The notes below the pieces were generated by a model. That model saw nothing but the letters and a program-made list of their open reading frames with translations. It ran no database searches and had not been told where the DNA came from. Source: an uncultured Candidatus Bathyarchaeia archaeon (GTDB taxonomy: Archaea; Thermoproteota; Bathyarchaeia; 40CM-2-53-6; CAYOZM01). Taken from it: 47,334 nt of DNA. The stretch is taken from assembly GCA_964533795.1 (NCBI GenBank), contig CAZHMI010000001.1, forward strand, positions 2,535-49,868, given 5' to 3'. The translations under genes and the position numbers were made by a program. Within the stretch, counting starts at the first letter, position 1, and each line of letters opens with the position of its first letter. Below, in pieces: positions 7,926 through 17,660 of this stretch.

Positions 7926-10199
7926 CTAGGGGAGAGAATAGCAGACCCATTTGTCTAGAGCGCGGCGTTTCGCGTCATTCCAGAGCGTCAAAGGTGTAAA
8001 TATGGCTGAGGAACGCCCAAAGTAGATCAAAGTGCTTGAACCGCATACGGAACACTTTGGAAGAACGCCTACGAAAGATTCATCGCACTTTCTGCAATAT
8101 GAGTAGCTATTCGTATACGTGAAGAACTGAAGCCCCTTCTCACATATGTTCCCAGTCAACTTCACTAGCGCTTCGGCACTATGTTCAAGTGGCGTCAGGC
8201 AGATTGGTGCCAAATGACCTCCTGTCAGAACCTCTTGGAACTTGCTTTCAAGCTCAACTCTTTCATCGATTGAAACTTTGGAGGATAATGGAAGGGTAGG
8301 CATATCGTTATAATATGGATGGCCTCTAACTCCTTCGACTACGACGGTTAAAAGCCCGTATTTCTCCATGTCGAGTTCAGCCAATCTCCCGGCAGCCTCA
8401 TCTTGCGGTCTTTGAGCAACGCTGAACCTGGTGCCGAACTCTTTGGAAATCGATCTTGCATATTGTGATATTTCTTTGATGACCTCAAGAGCGAACTTCA
8501 TCGAGCTCTCGTTTCTGTAGAAGCTTGAACCGGTATGCGCAATTGTTGCTTCATTCAATCCAATGGAGCTTATCGTGTATGTAGCATTCTTGTCGTAGAA
8601 GTATGGTGAACCTCTTGTGGCGCCGCAGAGGAGCGGTAGAAGCATCTCCTGAAATCTCTCATTCATCGATTTCTGTTTCGCCTTAAAGGCTTCCATAACC
8701 ATCTCTAAGGTTTTCTCAACTGACTTGAAGAACCTATCATCATTCTTACGCGCATCGTATGCTATCCTAGGAAGATTCAGGAAGATTGTGTCCATGTTTC
8801 CGGTTCTCATACAGTCGGTCTCCCAGTAGCCTGTCCAGTCGTCATTCAATCTAAGGCCGGTCGCTGTATAGTTGACTCTACTATTGTCAGGCTGAGAAAG
8901 AAAGTACGGTAGAGAATATTTAGCAGCCAGCTCATGCATCTTCAACAGATCCGTTGCCGCTGTTTTACTTTTGAGAGCTTTCCGCCTAAGCTTGAAAATT
9001 AGACGCGGGTTGAATAGAGGCTTCGCCGAGGAAGCTTCAAGCGCAGCCTCCACTATCAACCTCGTGACTGAGCCAGCTTCATCTACGTAGTCGCCATAGA
9101 TCCCCGCAGTTTGACCTCCAAGCCCTATAGCTTCAATATCATACAAGAAATCTGGAACAGCGAACTCAAGTCCGAGCGAAAGCCCTGGAGCAGCTCTGTT
9201 TGAGAACAGGTCTTGACGCATGCTGGTCAAGAACTGGTAGAGGGCATCTCTCAAACGCGGTTCAGGTAAGCCTTTCGCAAAAGGTGCGAGGAAGACATTG
9301 AACATATCGAATGATTGCTCGCCTGAAACCTCGGTCCTAGTTAACTCGAAAACTTCATGAGCAATCGACAGAGCAGCTTCGAAAGATTTTGGAGGCTTTA
9401 CTGCTGGCAGACCGTTCTTGAGAAAATATCGGAAGTCATGTTGAATTTCATTTGGTTTCAATATCCAGTTCGCAAGATTGTCAACATGTATTTGACCCGA
9501 GAGGTGGGCATCAGCTATGTTTCGAGGCAAGCACTCTAGCAGTACATATTCGGCCATGACTGATGTAGAAGCGATGTCTCTAACAGCTTCAACGTCAAGC
9601 ATCTGTTCGCCTACCATCTTGAAGAGCTGAGATACATCGTGTACTGGCATTCCGAGCCTCGTCAACTTGTGTCTGTACTCTTCGAGTCGCCTTTCGATCA
9701 GGATTGAGTTGACGAATTCGCGAATAAGCGGAGCTGTCAAGTATGTTGTTCTAAGACGGATTAGACGGTCTTCAGCCTCAGCCGCGATCTCTTGCGCAAG
9801 TTCATACGGCACCCCTGCCTCACTCGTCAGCGATTTCGCTATCTTGTCTCTAGCGAATTCTTCTATGGCAAGTCGTGATGTTCTGACGAAGAGCTTCCCT
9901 CTCTTGACGGCACTGTATTCTTCTATGTCTCTAGCAAAGTTGACCACCATCTCGCCAAGTTCTGTTATCCCATACTTCTTCGATTCTTTATCTAGAGTGA
10001 TTAGGCCAGCTTGCATCAAGTTCTTCAAATGGTAGACGAATTTGCCTGCGTCCCTAATCGGGTCGAGCTTTAAGGAGAACATTATCTCTGTATAAGGTAG
10101 AGCGCCCCTCGTGACAAGAAGCTTTAAAATGTCTACTCGCACTGGAGCTGAAGCTGCGTCGAAGATGTTCGCTCCAATTTTCTCGAGTGAATGTGACAA
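7926..10199 (-). CDS. nrdD: class III (anaerobic) ribonucleotide reductase NrdD-like protein with N-terminal wHTH and ATP-cone
   Basis: N-terminal ArsR-like wHTH (VRVDILKLLVTRGALPYTEIM...YHLKNLMQAGLI). ATP-cone (LFVRTSRLAIEEFARDKIAKSL...). Core motif GNMDTIFLNLPRIAYDA. C-terminal CRKC...CSVCG zinc ribbon and WN motif. Confidence 0.75.
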   Translation of the reverse strand: MSHSLEKIGANIFDAASAPVRVDILKLLVTRGALPYTEIMFSLKLDPIRDAGKFVYHLKNLMQAGLITLDKESKKYGITELGEMVVNFARDIEEYSAVKRGKLFVRTSRLAIEEFARDKIAKSLTSEAGVPYELAQEIAAEAEDRLIRLRTTYLTAPLIREFVNSILIERRLEEYRHKLTRLGMPVHDVSQLFKMVGEQMLDVEAVRDIASTSVMAEYVLLECLPRNIADAHLSGQIHVDNLANWILKPNEIQHDFRYFLKNGLPAVKPPKSFEAALSIAHEVFELTRTEVSGEQSFDMFNVFLAPFAKGLPEPRLRDALYQFLTSMRQDLFSNRAAPGLSLGLEFAVPDFLYDIEAIGLGGQTAGIYGDYVDEAGSVTRLIVEAALEASSAKPLFNPRLIFKLRRKALKSKTAATDLLKMHELAAKYSLPYFLSQPDNSRVNYTATGLRLNDDWTGYWETDCMRTGNMDTIFLNLPRIAYDARKNDDRFFKSVEKTLEMVMEAFKAKQKSMNERFQEMLLPLLCGATRGSPYFYDKNATYTISSIGLNEATIAHTGSSFYRNESSMKFALEVIKEISQYARSISKEFGTRFSVAQRPQDEAAGRLAELDMEKYGLLTVVVEGVRGHPYYNDMPTLPLSSKVSIDERVELESKFQEVLTGGHLAPICLTPLEHSAEALVKLTGNICEKGLQFFTYTNSYSYCRKCDESFVGVLPKCSVCGSSTLIYFGRSSAIFTPLTLWNDAKRRALDKWVCYSLP

Positions 10200-10474
10200 T
10201 TCTCAGGAACCTCGTTTTGCTCGTAGATAATTAGGTGCGTCCACAGTTTAAAAAATAGAGTAATGATCGAGTGAAGGGTGAGTTCTCGTCTTAGCCGTGG
10301 CAGCAAGCTTACGGTTACCCTAATCCTGTTAGGCTTTAGCGTTGAGTTGATGGTCTTTCCGTTTCTTTGCGCTCTCGTCCTCATTTTAGCGTTTGCTAGC
10401 ATTCTATAAATGGGTAGGAAGATTTTCTCTGAACAAGTCTCTTTGAAGTGTGCATGTATTGTCCTAGCGCGTCT

Positions 10475-11674
10475 TCACGTTCTCATTCGGTTCAGTACGA
10501 ATGCAACGATCAATCCAACCGTTGAGATAAGGAGCAGTAGAGGTAGAACGATTGAAATTGTTAGTAGAGAAGCTAGATATCCTGTAACGTAGGATACAAT
10601 GGTGCCTCCGAGGACTCCAGCATTCAGAGTTAAAGCGTAAGAAAGCCCTCTTCTCCTATCCGAGACCAGTCGGCCGATCATGCTTAATTGGAATGGAAAG
10701 CAAACGTAGACTGAGGTCCCGCTCAATATCAAAAGCACGTAAAGTACTGGAGATGCATGCCAACTCGTTTGAGATTCAAGAAGATTGGAAACAAGAAAGA
10801 GAACTGTCATAACGCTGAAGAATCCTATCAATGACCGTGATTCTCCTCCAAGCCATTTAGCTATACGGCCGGCAGAGGCGGCTACTGGAATCCCCGCTGC
10901 AAACCATAATGCCATGATGATTGTAGCCGTCGAGAGCCTCATCCCTTGAGCGATCGTCAGATAGAGAGGCATGTAGTACAAGAAAAGAACATAGACTCCG
11001 TCCGCAAGTGCTATGCTTGCAACTATCATGGCGTACAACCTCACCTTGGACGGTTTAGGCCGTTCGTCCCTTGGAGGATCAATGTTGTTGTATGCGAAAT
11101 TCAGCCCACTGCCCCTGAACAGAATCAGAAAGAACAAGAAGCCAACCAGCCCCACCGTGGCCCAAACATAGAATGGGGCTCCCCAACCATAGGCTTCAGC
11201 TACGAAGCCAGTGAAGAGAGGCGCAATGACCATTGCAACCTGCTCTCCTACTCCTTGTATGCCGAAAGCCTTCGTTCTGCACTTCGCGTAGATTCTACTG
11301 ATCGATGCAAAACTTACAGGATGGTATACCGAAGTGAATGCTCTCATAAGTAAAAATGCCACGAGAATCTGCATGAATAATGATGCAGAAGGAAACAGAA
11401 TAGAGGAAAGTGCGACACCTATGAAACCAATAAAAATGATTGCGTTAGTGAATCCGCGATCTGAGATGTAGCCAAAGATTAACTGCATAATTAAGTAAAT
11501 GATCGAGCCTAAACTGAGGACAATACCTACCTGATAGAGGGTTAAATCCAAAGCCATCGTTATAGCAGGAAGCGCGGCTGTAAAGACTACGATTGAGCCG
11601 TCGTTTACACAATGATAGATTGCTAAAGCCCGAAGCCTTCGCACACCAGTGTCTTCGATCTTTTCATTGACCAA
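10475..11674 (-). CDS. MFS transporter
   Basis: 399 aa with about 12 hydrophobic segments. D-R-x-G-type loop SDRGF after TM2. Confidence 0.75.
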   Translation of the reverse strand: MVNEKIEDTGVRRLRALAIYHCVNDGSIVVFTAALPAITMALDLTLYQVGIVLSLGSIIYLIMQLIFGYISDRGFTNAIIFIGFIGVALSSILFPSASLFMQILVAFLLMRAFTSVYHPVSFASISRIYAKCRTKAFGIQGVGEQVAMVIAPLFTGFVAEAYGWGAPFYVWATVGLVGFLFFLILFRGSGLNFAYNNIDPPRDERPKPSKVRLYAMIVASIALADGVYVLFLYYMPLYLTIAQGMRLSTATIIMALWFAAGIPVAASAGRIAKWLGGESRSLIGFFSVMTVLFLVSNLLESQTSWHASPVLYVLLILSGTSVYVCFPFQLSMIGRLVSDRRRGLSYALTLNAGVLGGTIVSYVTGYLASLLTISIVLPLLLLISTVGLIVAFVLNRMRT

Positions 11675-11769
11675 TGGATGAGCCTCGTTTATTTCGAATC
11701 AAACTTTCTGCAAGTACTCTAAATACTTCGTTTTGAAGTTTTCTCTAGAAGATCATAGCCTGTTGTTTC

Positions 11770-12444
11770 TCAAAATTGTTTCACCTTGGTTTCCAGTGGG
11801 GTGTGGATCGGTCTGTTTGGTGGATATTTCCTGTGGAAGGCTTTGATTGGTGTTTCGAGTTCTTTCCAGTTGAGGCTCATGTGCGGTTTGATCTCGTTAT
11901 GCCATTTAACGATGGCGTCTACGTCATGGTGGAATTGAGTCCATTTCTGGTCTAGTACGCCGTAGAAACGCTCTAGCTTTCCATTTGTTTGGGGGTGGTT
12001 GACTCGGCAGAGGATGTGGTGTATCTCTTTCTCCGCTAGGAGTCTTTCAAATTCGCTCTGGCCCTTCTGTTTGAGTTCTCCTTCATTCGCGTAGAATTGG
12101 CTTCCACGATCGGTTAGGATCTCTCTGGGGCATCCATACTTGGCTATTCCATCTTTTAGGACTTTGAGGGTATTCTCTGCAGTTGCTTCCTGGAAGACTC
12201 CGTAGCTTACGATTAGCCTTGAGGCATCGTCCATGTATGCGATTATCCATCTGCCGTCTGGAAGCTGCTTCCAGTCTGTATGCCATAGGGTCATACTGTG
12301 TTCTCTCTCGTATCGGACCCACTTTCGCCTAGTCTGCTTGCTTGGTTGAGTCATAGCTCTTCCCGCTAAACGTAATACTTGCTGGATCTTCATGTGGTTT
12401 ATCTTCAATCCATACATTTCCTTGAGTATGGCTTCCAGTATCAA
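11770..12444 (-). mobile_element. IS481-like DDE (rve) transposase, N-terminally truncated
   Basis: DDE core: WHTDW..., ILTDRGSQF, HPQTNGKLERF. Only 224 aa. An in-frame TAA lies 10 codons upstream of the TTG start, so the usual N-terminal HTH region is missing. Confidence 0.75.
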
Positions 12445-12480
12445 CGCATTGGCTTCACATTTGTCGAGGCTTTATTCAGT

Positions 12481-13413
12481 ATGAAAGATGCGATCGAGGC
12501 GGTTGAGAGATGCTTCAGTGTTTATGGCGATGGAAAAGCTGGAATGCCTCCCATAGTAACCTCCTATGTGAAGAAGTACGACGGGGTTTTGGAGATAAAA
12601 TCGGGCTACTTGGAAACCGATTGCATAGGCGCGAAAGTTATCTGTTGTTTCGAGGGCAATCCGTCGAGATATGGTCTGCCAGCTCTCACTGGAGTTGTGA
12701 TCTTGAACGACCTTAAAACAGGAATTCCTATCGCTATAGTGAATGCGGCGCCTATCACAGCCTTGCGGACTGGGGCAGCTGGGGCTGTCGCCGCAAAATA
12801 CTTGGCGAGAAAAGGTTCTCGCAGCGTTGGGATAATCGGCACTGGTGTTCAAGGAAGATCTCAATTGATGGGCCTAAATGAATTGTTTGACATAGAAGAG
12901 GTTAGGGCATACGATAGAGTCAGAGACTCAAGTATAAGATACGCTTCCGAAATGAGTAACAAACTGGGGCTAGATGTGAAAGCTGTTAAAGTACCAAGAG
13001 ACGTTGTAGAGAACGCAGACATTGTAGTTACAGCGACCCCGTCAAGGAAGCCCATAATCAATAGTAAGTGGGTGACGCGGGGAGTGCACATAAACGCAAT
13101 TGGTGCCGACGAGCCTGGCAAGCAGGAGTTGGATCCGGAGATTTTGAAGAGAGCGAAGATTGTGGTGGATCGCCTTGAAGAATGCAAGGTTAGAGGTGAA
13201 ATCAATGTGGCTATATCTAATGGAATAATCGATCTTTCTGATGTTTATGCGGAACTTGGCGACATCATAACTGGGAAGAAGAAAGGTAGAGAAAGCGACA
13301 GTGAAATAACGATCTTCGATGCAACCGGAATGGCTATTCAAGATATAGCGACATCATATGAAATCTACAAGATCGCCAAAGAGAAAGGGATTGGAATCAC
13401 TGTAGCCATTTAG
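12481..13413 (+). CDS. ornithine cyclodeaminase/mu-crystallin family protein (archaeal alanine dehydrogenase-like)
   Basis: MKDAIEAVERCF..., Rossmann GIIGTGVQGRSQL, NAIGADEPGKQELD. The upstream in-frame extension to 12379 runs antisense into the transposase and is unlikely to be real. Confidence 0.75.
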   Translation: MKDAIEAVERCFSVYGDGKAGMPPIVTSYVKKYDGVLEIKSGYLETDCIGAKVICCFEGNPSRYGLPALTGVVILNDLKTGIPIAIVNAAPITALRTGAAGAVAAKYLARKGSRSVGIIGTGVQGRSQLMGLNELFDIEEVRAYDRVRDSSIRYASEMSNKLGLDVKAVKVPRDVVENADIVVTATPSRKPIINSKWVTRGVHINAIGADEPGKQELDPEILKRAKIVVDRLEECKVRGEINVAISNGIIDLSDVYAELGDIITGKKKGRESDSEITIFDATGMAIQDIATSYEIYKIAKEKGIGITVAI

Positions 13414-13418
13414 CAACT

Positions 13419-14891
13419 TTACTTTGTGATGCCTGCGTACTTGCAAACGATCTCAGTGGCCCGAACGACTGCTCTTATAGCCATTCGCGCATTCTCTTCG
13501 ATCAATTGTCCTTCCTCATCTGTGGTTCCTTGCCAAGGCCCAAACCAGATGTTAGCATCATATATTACAGGTGGATAGACTCCCATCTCGTATATAGTGG
13601 CGGATAGAAGTGAATCTGCGTACAAATCTTCTGCGCTGAAAATCGGTATTCCGAATTCGCCGTTTTTCCAAGTTCGCTCGTAGTTAACCTCTATTGCTCC
13701 CATATTGTATGATTTGGTTATGATTAGTCCTTCTCTTAGCCATGTAGGGATGATTTTTGAAAATTCCTCTCGAACGATTTGGTACATATCATCTATAGGT
13801 TTCTTTATTTTCTCTGGAGTATCTCTAAGAACCTTCAAAACTTCAATTTGGCTGATGATCGCATCTCTCCCTGGATCACATGCCGAGTAGAGGGCTTTGC
13901 CATGCGATGATACGGTTCCTCCTCTTTCACCGCCTAGGCCTAATGCCTTTCTTATGGTGACTAGTACGTCTTCTTTACCGATTATCAAACCGCTTGTAAT
14001 AGCGCGACATGATTTGTCCATGCTCCACAACATAGCAGAGGAGCCTATCTTACGTAGGTCAGTTCCAATGAATGGGATGCCCATGGCGCAATCAACGATG
14101 TAAGGGAGATCGAGTTTTTCACTCAAATTACTTATCATCCTTTGAATCTTTGGAACTCCGTCTTCATTCTTTGTTCCATATCCGTATCCAGGTGTATCGT
14201 ACCCTAACGATTCAAATCCGCTGAGCATAGAAATGTGGAGTTCAGCAACCTCCTCTATTCTTTTTCCAGTCTTCTCAGCGTCCGCTCCTGTCAACAGAGG
14301 AACTGGATTGTACTTTATTCCATGAACTTCGTATTTCGCGCCAACGAAAGGCACTATAATCGCATCCAAATTCGTTAGAGATTTCGCTTCCACTCCCAGT
14401 TCTCCAGCTGAAACACTTCGATCGACCCAGACGTTCTTGTACTTTGGCGGGAATGGCCTGCCGTATGCTGCCATAAACTCGAAATCGTGATTGTACGGCG
14501 CGATATACCTTGCCCTGTATGCGTCCCCTTTACGCATTGTTGGTGGCGCAAAAAGGGTTTCGAAGCAGACTCGTAATGCAGACTCGCAGCTATTGGTTGC
14601 CGCTGCGTCGAAACTGTCGCCGTAGACGTCTTTAACTATCTCTCTAAGTTCATCCTCAATCTTTGTCATGGGCAAGACAGATATCTTACTTGCCTTCGCT
14701 ATGGCGTCCACCACGTATTTTGGCAGTGGAGGTGGAGATGCAGAACCGGTTGGATACAAGCCTATTTGGCCCTTGAATTTTTCAAGCCCCATATCAGCAG
14801 CAGATTTCCTTGCTTCTTCATAGATTTTCAGTCTGTTTTCATTCAGTTTTTGATACCATCTGAACTTGTATTTTTGTCTCACAATCCTCAC
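13419..14891 (-). CDS. uncharacterised PLP-dependent enzyme, fold type I, SelA-like
   Basis: WSMDKSCRAITSGLIIGKED resembles the SelA-type lysine motif (SGDKLLGGPQAGIIVGK). 490 aa. Confidence 0.45.
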   Translation of the reverse strand: MRIVRQKYKFRWYQKLNENRLKIYEEARKSAADMGLEKFKGQIGLYPTGSASPPPLPKYVVDAIAKASKISVLPMTKIEDELREIVKDVYGDSFDAAATNSCESALRVCFETLFAPPTMRKGDAYRARYIAPYNHDFEFMAAYGRPFPPKYKNVWVDRSVSAGELGVEAKSLTNLDAIIVPFVGAKYEVHGIKYNPVPLLTGADAEKTGKRIEEVAELHISMLSGFESLGYDTPGYGYGTKNEDGVPKIQRMISNLSEKLDLPYIVDCAMGIPFIGTDLRKIGSSAMLWSMDKSCRAITSGLIIGKEDVLVTIRKALGLGGERGGTVSSHGKALYSACDPGRDAIISQIEVLKVLRDTPEKIKKPIDDMYQIVREEFSKIIPTWLREGLIITKSYNMGAIEVNYERTWKNGEFGIPIFSAEDLYADSLLSATIYEMGVYPPVIYDANIWFGPWQGTTDEEGQLIEENARMAIRAVVRATEIVCKYAGITK

Positions 14892-15007
14892 TTCCAGTCT
14901 ATGCTTATGACTTTACACTTTGAAGTAGCCTTAGAGTTTACCATGGAAATAAGGTTCTTCCCCTTACCAAAAAGGGGTAAACGTTCTCTTCTACTAGAGT
15001 TGGTGCA

Positions 15008-15616
15008 CTACCGAACTTTCGCAGCTTTCAAAATCTCATTTACAATCTCATTCGATTTCTTAGTGGCGTCAATCCTTATGGTTCTCACATCTTTCTCGAA
15101 TATTTTGTGAATGAAACGTAGATGCGCATCTACATTCTTCAGCAAGTCCATGTTAAGTGTTGTGAAGCCCTCTTTGTTTCGACCTTTCTGTCTTTCCACA
15201 GCGGTTTCAATAGGGGTGTAAAGATAGACGTAGAGATCTGGCTTCGGGATGGTTTGCGTAGTCCATGCGTTTATGTATAGGCTTAGGCATGTTGGGTAGG
15301 CTGACGATTGCTTCCTCATATAGCGTGCATACGCGAAAGAGAGGTCTGTCGGGAAGTAGCTGTCAACGACTATGTTCTGTCCATCAGTTAGGCTTTTCTC
15401 GATCTCCTTCAATCTTCTGGTTTCTTCGATGAAGATCAGGTAGTCGGAGGATGTATCCCCTCTGTCTCCTATGGGTATCCCTGAGGCGCCTAGAACGGTT
15501 GCCACTTCAGGGAATACCTTCCAGCCGAGGTTCTCGAGCATTTTGCATATCGTTGTCTTTCCCGATCCGGGAAGCCCTTCAAGAACAAGAAAGAAACCTC
15601 TCTTCTCAGTAGGCAT
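15008..15616 (-). CDS. P-loop nucleoside/nucleotide kinase (deoxynucleoside kinase/dTMP kinase-like)
   Basis: FLVLEGLPGSGKTT Walker A. About 200 aa. Immediately downstream of the nucleoside-type ABC operon. Confidence 0.6.
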   Translation of the reverse strand: MPTEKRGFFLVLEGLPGSGKTTICKMLENLGWKVFPEVATVLGASGIPIGDRGDTSSDYLIFIEETRRLKEIEKSLTDGQNIVVDSYFPTDLSFAYARYMRKQSSAYPTCLSLYINAWTTQTIPKPDLYVYLYTPIETAVERQKGRNKEGFTTLNMDLLKNVDAHLRFIHKIFEKDVRTIRIDATKKSNEIVNEILKAAKVR

Positions 15617-15627
15617 TTCTGGGACTC

Positions 15628-16584
15628 CTATTCTTTCTCGTATGGCTTTCCGACGGCTGCAGGTGGCTTGGCGCGACCTATCGCGCCCGTGACAACTATA
15701 AGCGTTAAGACGTACGGGACCATTTGCAGAAATTGTGGTGGGAAGCCGACTCCTAGGGCGGGCGCGAGACGTATTTGCAGTCCATCAGCAAACCCGAAGA
15801 GTAAGCCTCCGACCAAGACCAGTAGGGGGTTCCAGTTGCTGAAGACGACTGTGGCTAGAGCTATGAAGCCTCTCCCAGCAGTCATGTATCTTACGAACAT
15901 GCTGTTCCAGTCAACAGCTAGGTACGCTCCCCCCACCGCAGCCAAAACAGCGCCTATTATCGTCGCTATGAATTGGACCCTGTAAACATTTATTCCAGCA
16001 ACATCAGCAGCGGCAGGGTTCTCTCCGATAGACCTGAGCCTCAAGCCGAACTTGGTCTTATAGAGAATATAGTATGATGCCAAAGCTGTTAGAACCATCA
16101 AGAAGACGAATGGGCTTATGCTGCTAAAAGCTCCCGGTAGAGGCAATGGTATCTGTGGGATCCTTGGAACATCAGGAGAGTTTCCTGCGGCTAGTTCTCC
16201 CCAGATTATTATGAGCCATGCAGCTGTGAATCCGTAGGCGAACATGTTCATTCCGACACCGCTGACAATCTGATCTCCTTTGAAGTTGATGGAGATAACT
16301 CCGTGGATGTAGCCGGACAGTGTGCCTATAATTATCGCGACGAGAACCCCTATCCAAGGGTCTCCTGTAAAGTAGGAGACGTATGTTGCGGAAAATGCTC
16401 CAAGAAGCATAACTCCTTCTATCCCTATGTTGACTACACCAGCTCTCTCCGCGATGACTTCTCCAATTCCGGTGAAGACTATGGGTACCGATAGCCTAAG
16501 CATGGCTGCCAAAAGGGACATGATGAACGCAGCGTCAAAGAGATTTAACTCAACCATCTTTATCTTGCCCTCCAGAACTTCCAA
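15628..16584 (-). CDS. ABC transporter permease (BMP/nucleoside-type)
   Basis: Polytopic 318-aa membrane protein, operonic with the ATPase and BMP binding protein. Confidence 0.8.
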   Translation of the reverse strand: MEVLEGKIKMVELNLFDAAFIMSLLAAMLRLSVPIVFTGIGEVIAERAGVVNIGIEGVMLLGAFSATYVSYFTGDPWIGVLVAIIIGTLSGYIHGVISINFKGDQIVSGVGMNMFAYGFTAAWLIIIWGELAAGNSPDVPRIPQIPLPLPGAFSSISPFVFLMVLTALASYYILYKTKFGLRLRSIGENPAAADVAGINVYRVQFIATIIGAVLAAVGGAYLAVDWNSMFVRYMTAGRGFIALATVVFSNWNPLLVLVGGLLFGFADGLQIRLAPALGVGFPPQFLQMVPYVLTLIVVTGAIGRAKPPAAVGKPYEKE

Positions 16585-17648
16585 TGCTCTACTGCTTTGC
16601 GCACTAGTCTAGTAGCTTCAGGGATAGCGGCAAATATGATTATAATCCCCTCGATCGCCATCACAAGTTCTTTCGGCATGTGCGTGACTAGCCTCATGTA
16701 GACCGCGCCTGAGTAGAGAGCCCCAATGAAGATTGCAGCGAGCAGTGCGCCGATAGGGTTATTGCGGCCGATCAGTGCCACAGCGATTCCATCGAACCCA
16801 TAGCCTGGAGAGAACCTGTCTACGAATCTTCTGTATGTGCCTAGGGTTACGCCGGCTCCTCCGATTCCGCATAATGCACCGCTTATCAGCATACCTATGA
16901 CCCAGACTTTTGAGACCGCGATACCTCCGTACTCGGCTGCTGTTGGGTTCAGTCCCACCGCTCTGATCTCGTATCCTAACGGCATTCTCTTGAGCATATA
17001 GTAGACTACGAAGACGCAGATCAGAGCAACGAGGAATGAGGCTGAGAGCCCTGTTCTTGGAACTATTATCGGGAGAACTGCTGAACTATTGATTATCGGA
17101 GTCTCAGGTATCGATGCAGTCGGCTCCAAGAAATGATATAATGTGAGGTAACTGGTGAGCAGCATGGCAATCCAGTTCATCATGATAGTGGTAACAACTT
17201 CGTGAGCTCCTCTCTTCACTTTAAGAATCGCCGGGAGGATAGCCCACCCTGCGCCACCCGCGATGCCCATGAGTATGACAAACGGTATGTGAATAGGAGT
17301 TGGCATCGCGATCAGATATCCTCCGAGAAAGGCTAGAAAAGCTCCGATGAATAGTTGCCCTTCAGCGCCTATGTTGAAGCATCCTTCAGTGAAAGCCACG
17401 GCTACGCCGAGGCCGGTAAGTATGAGCGGCGTCGCCTGAGCTAATGTTTCAGCTATTGAGCCAACATCTCCAAATGCTCCTTTTAAGAGAACTCCATAAG
17501 CTACAACTGGTGAGTAGCCTGCTGCAGCGACCATTATTCCTCCGGCAATAAAACCTAAGGCAACTGCTAGAAGCGACTGCGTCAGCATCGAGATGTCGAT
17601 CTTTCGCTCTCTGGAAGGCGGTTGAGACTTGGGTTCTTCTTTTGCCAT
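16560..17648 (-). CDS. ABC transporter permease (BMP/nucleoside-type)
   Basis: Polytopic 362-aa membrane protein in the same operon. Confidence 0.8.
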   Translation of the reverse strand: MAKEEPKSQPPSRERKIDISMLTQSLLAVALGFIAGGIMVAAAGYSPVVAYGVLLKGAFGDVGSIAETLAQATPLILTGLGVAVAFTEGCFNIGAEGQLFIGAFLAFLGGYLIAMPTPIHIPFVILMGIAGGAGWAILPAILKVKRGAHEVVTTIMMNWIAMLLTSYLTLYHFLEPTASIPETPIINSSAVLPIIVPRTGLSASFLVALICVFVVYYMLKRMPLGYEIRAVGLNPTAAEYGGIAVSKVWVIGMLISGALCGIGGAGVTLGTYRRFVDRFSPGYGFDGIAVALIGRNNPIGALLAAIFIGALYSGAVYMRLVTHMPKELVMAIEGIIIIFAAIPEATRLVRKAVEHWKFWRAR

Positions 17649-17660
17649 TTTCTATACCTC

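Noticed and set aside
12379-12480. Upstream extension of the OCD-family ORF to 12379
   Set aside because: The extra 34 codons run antisense through the transposase 5' end and look non-homologous. ATG 12481 (MKDAIEAVE) is the plausible start.
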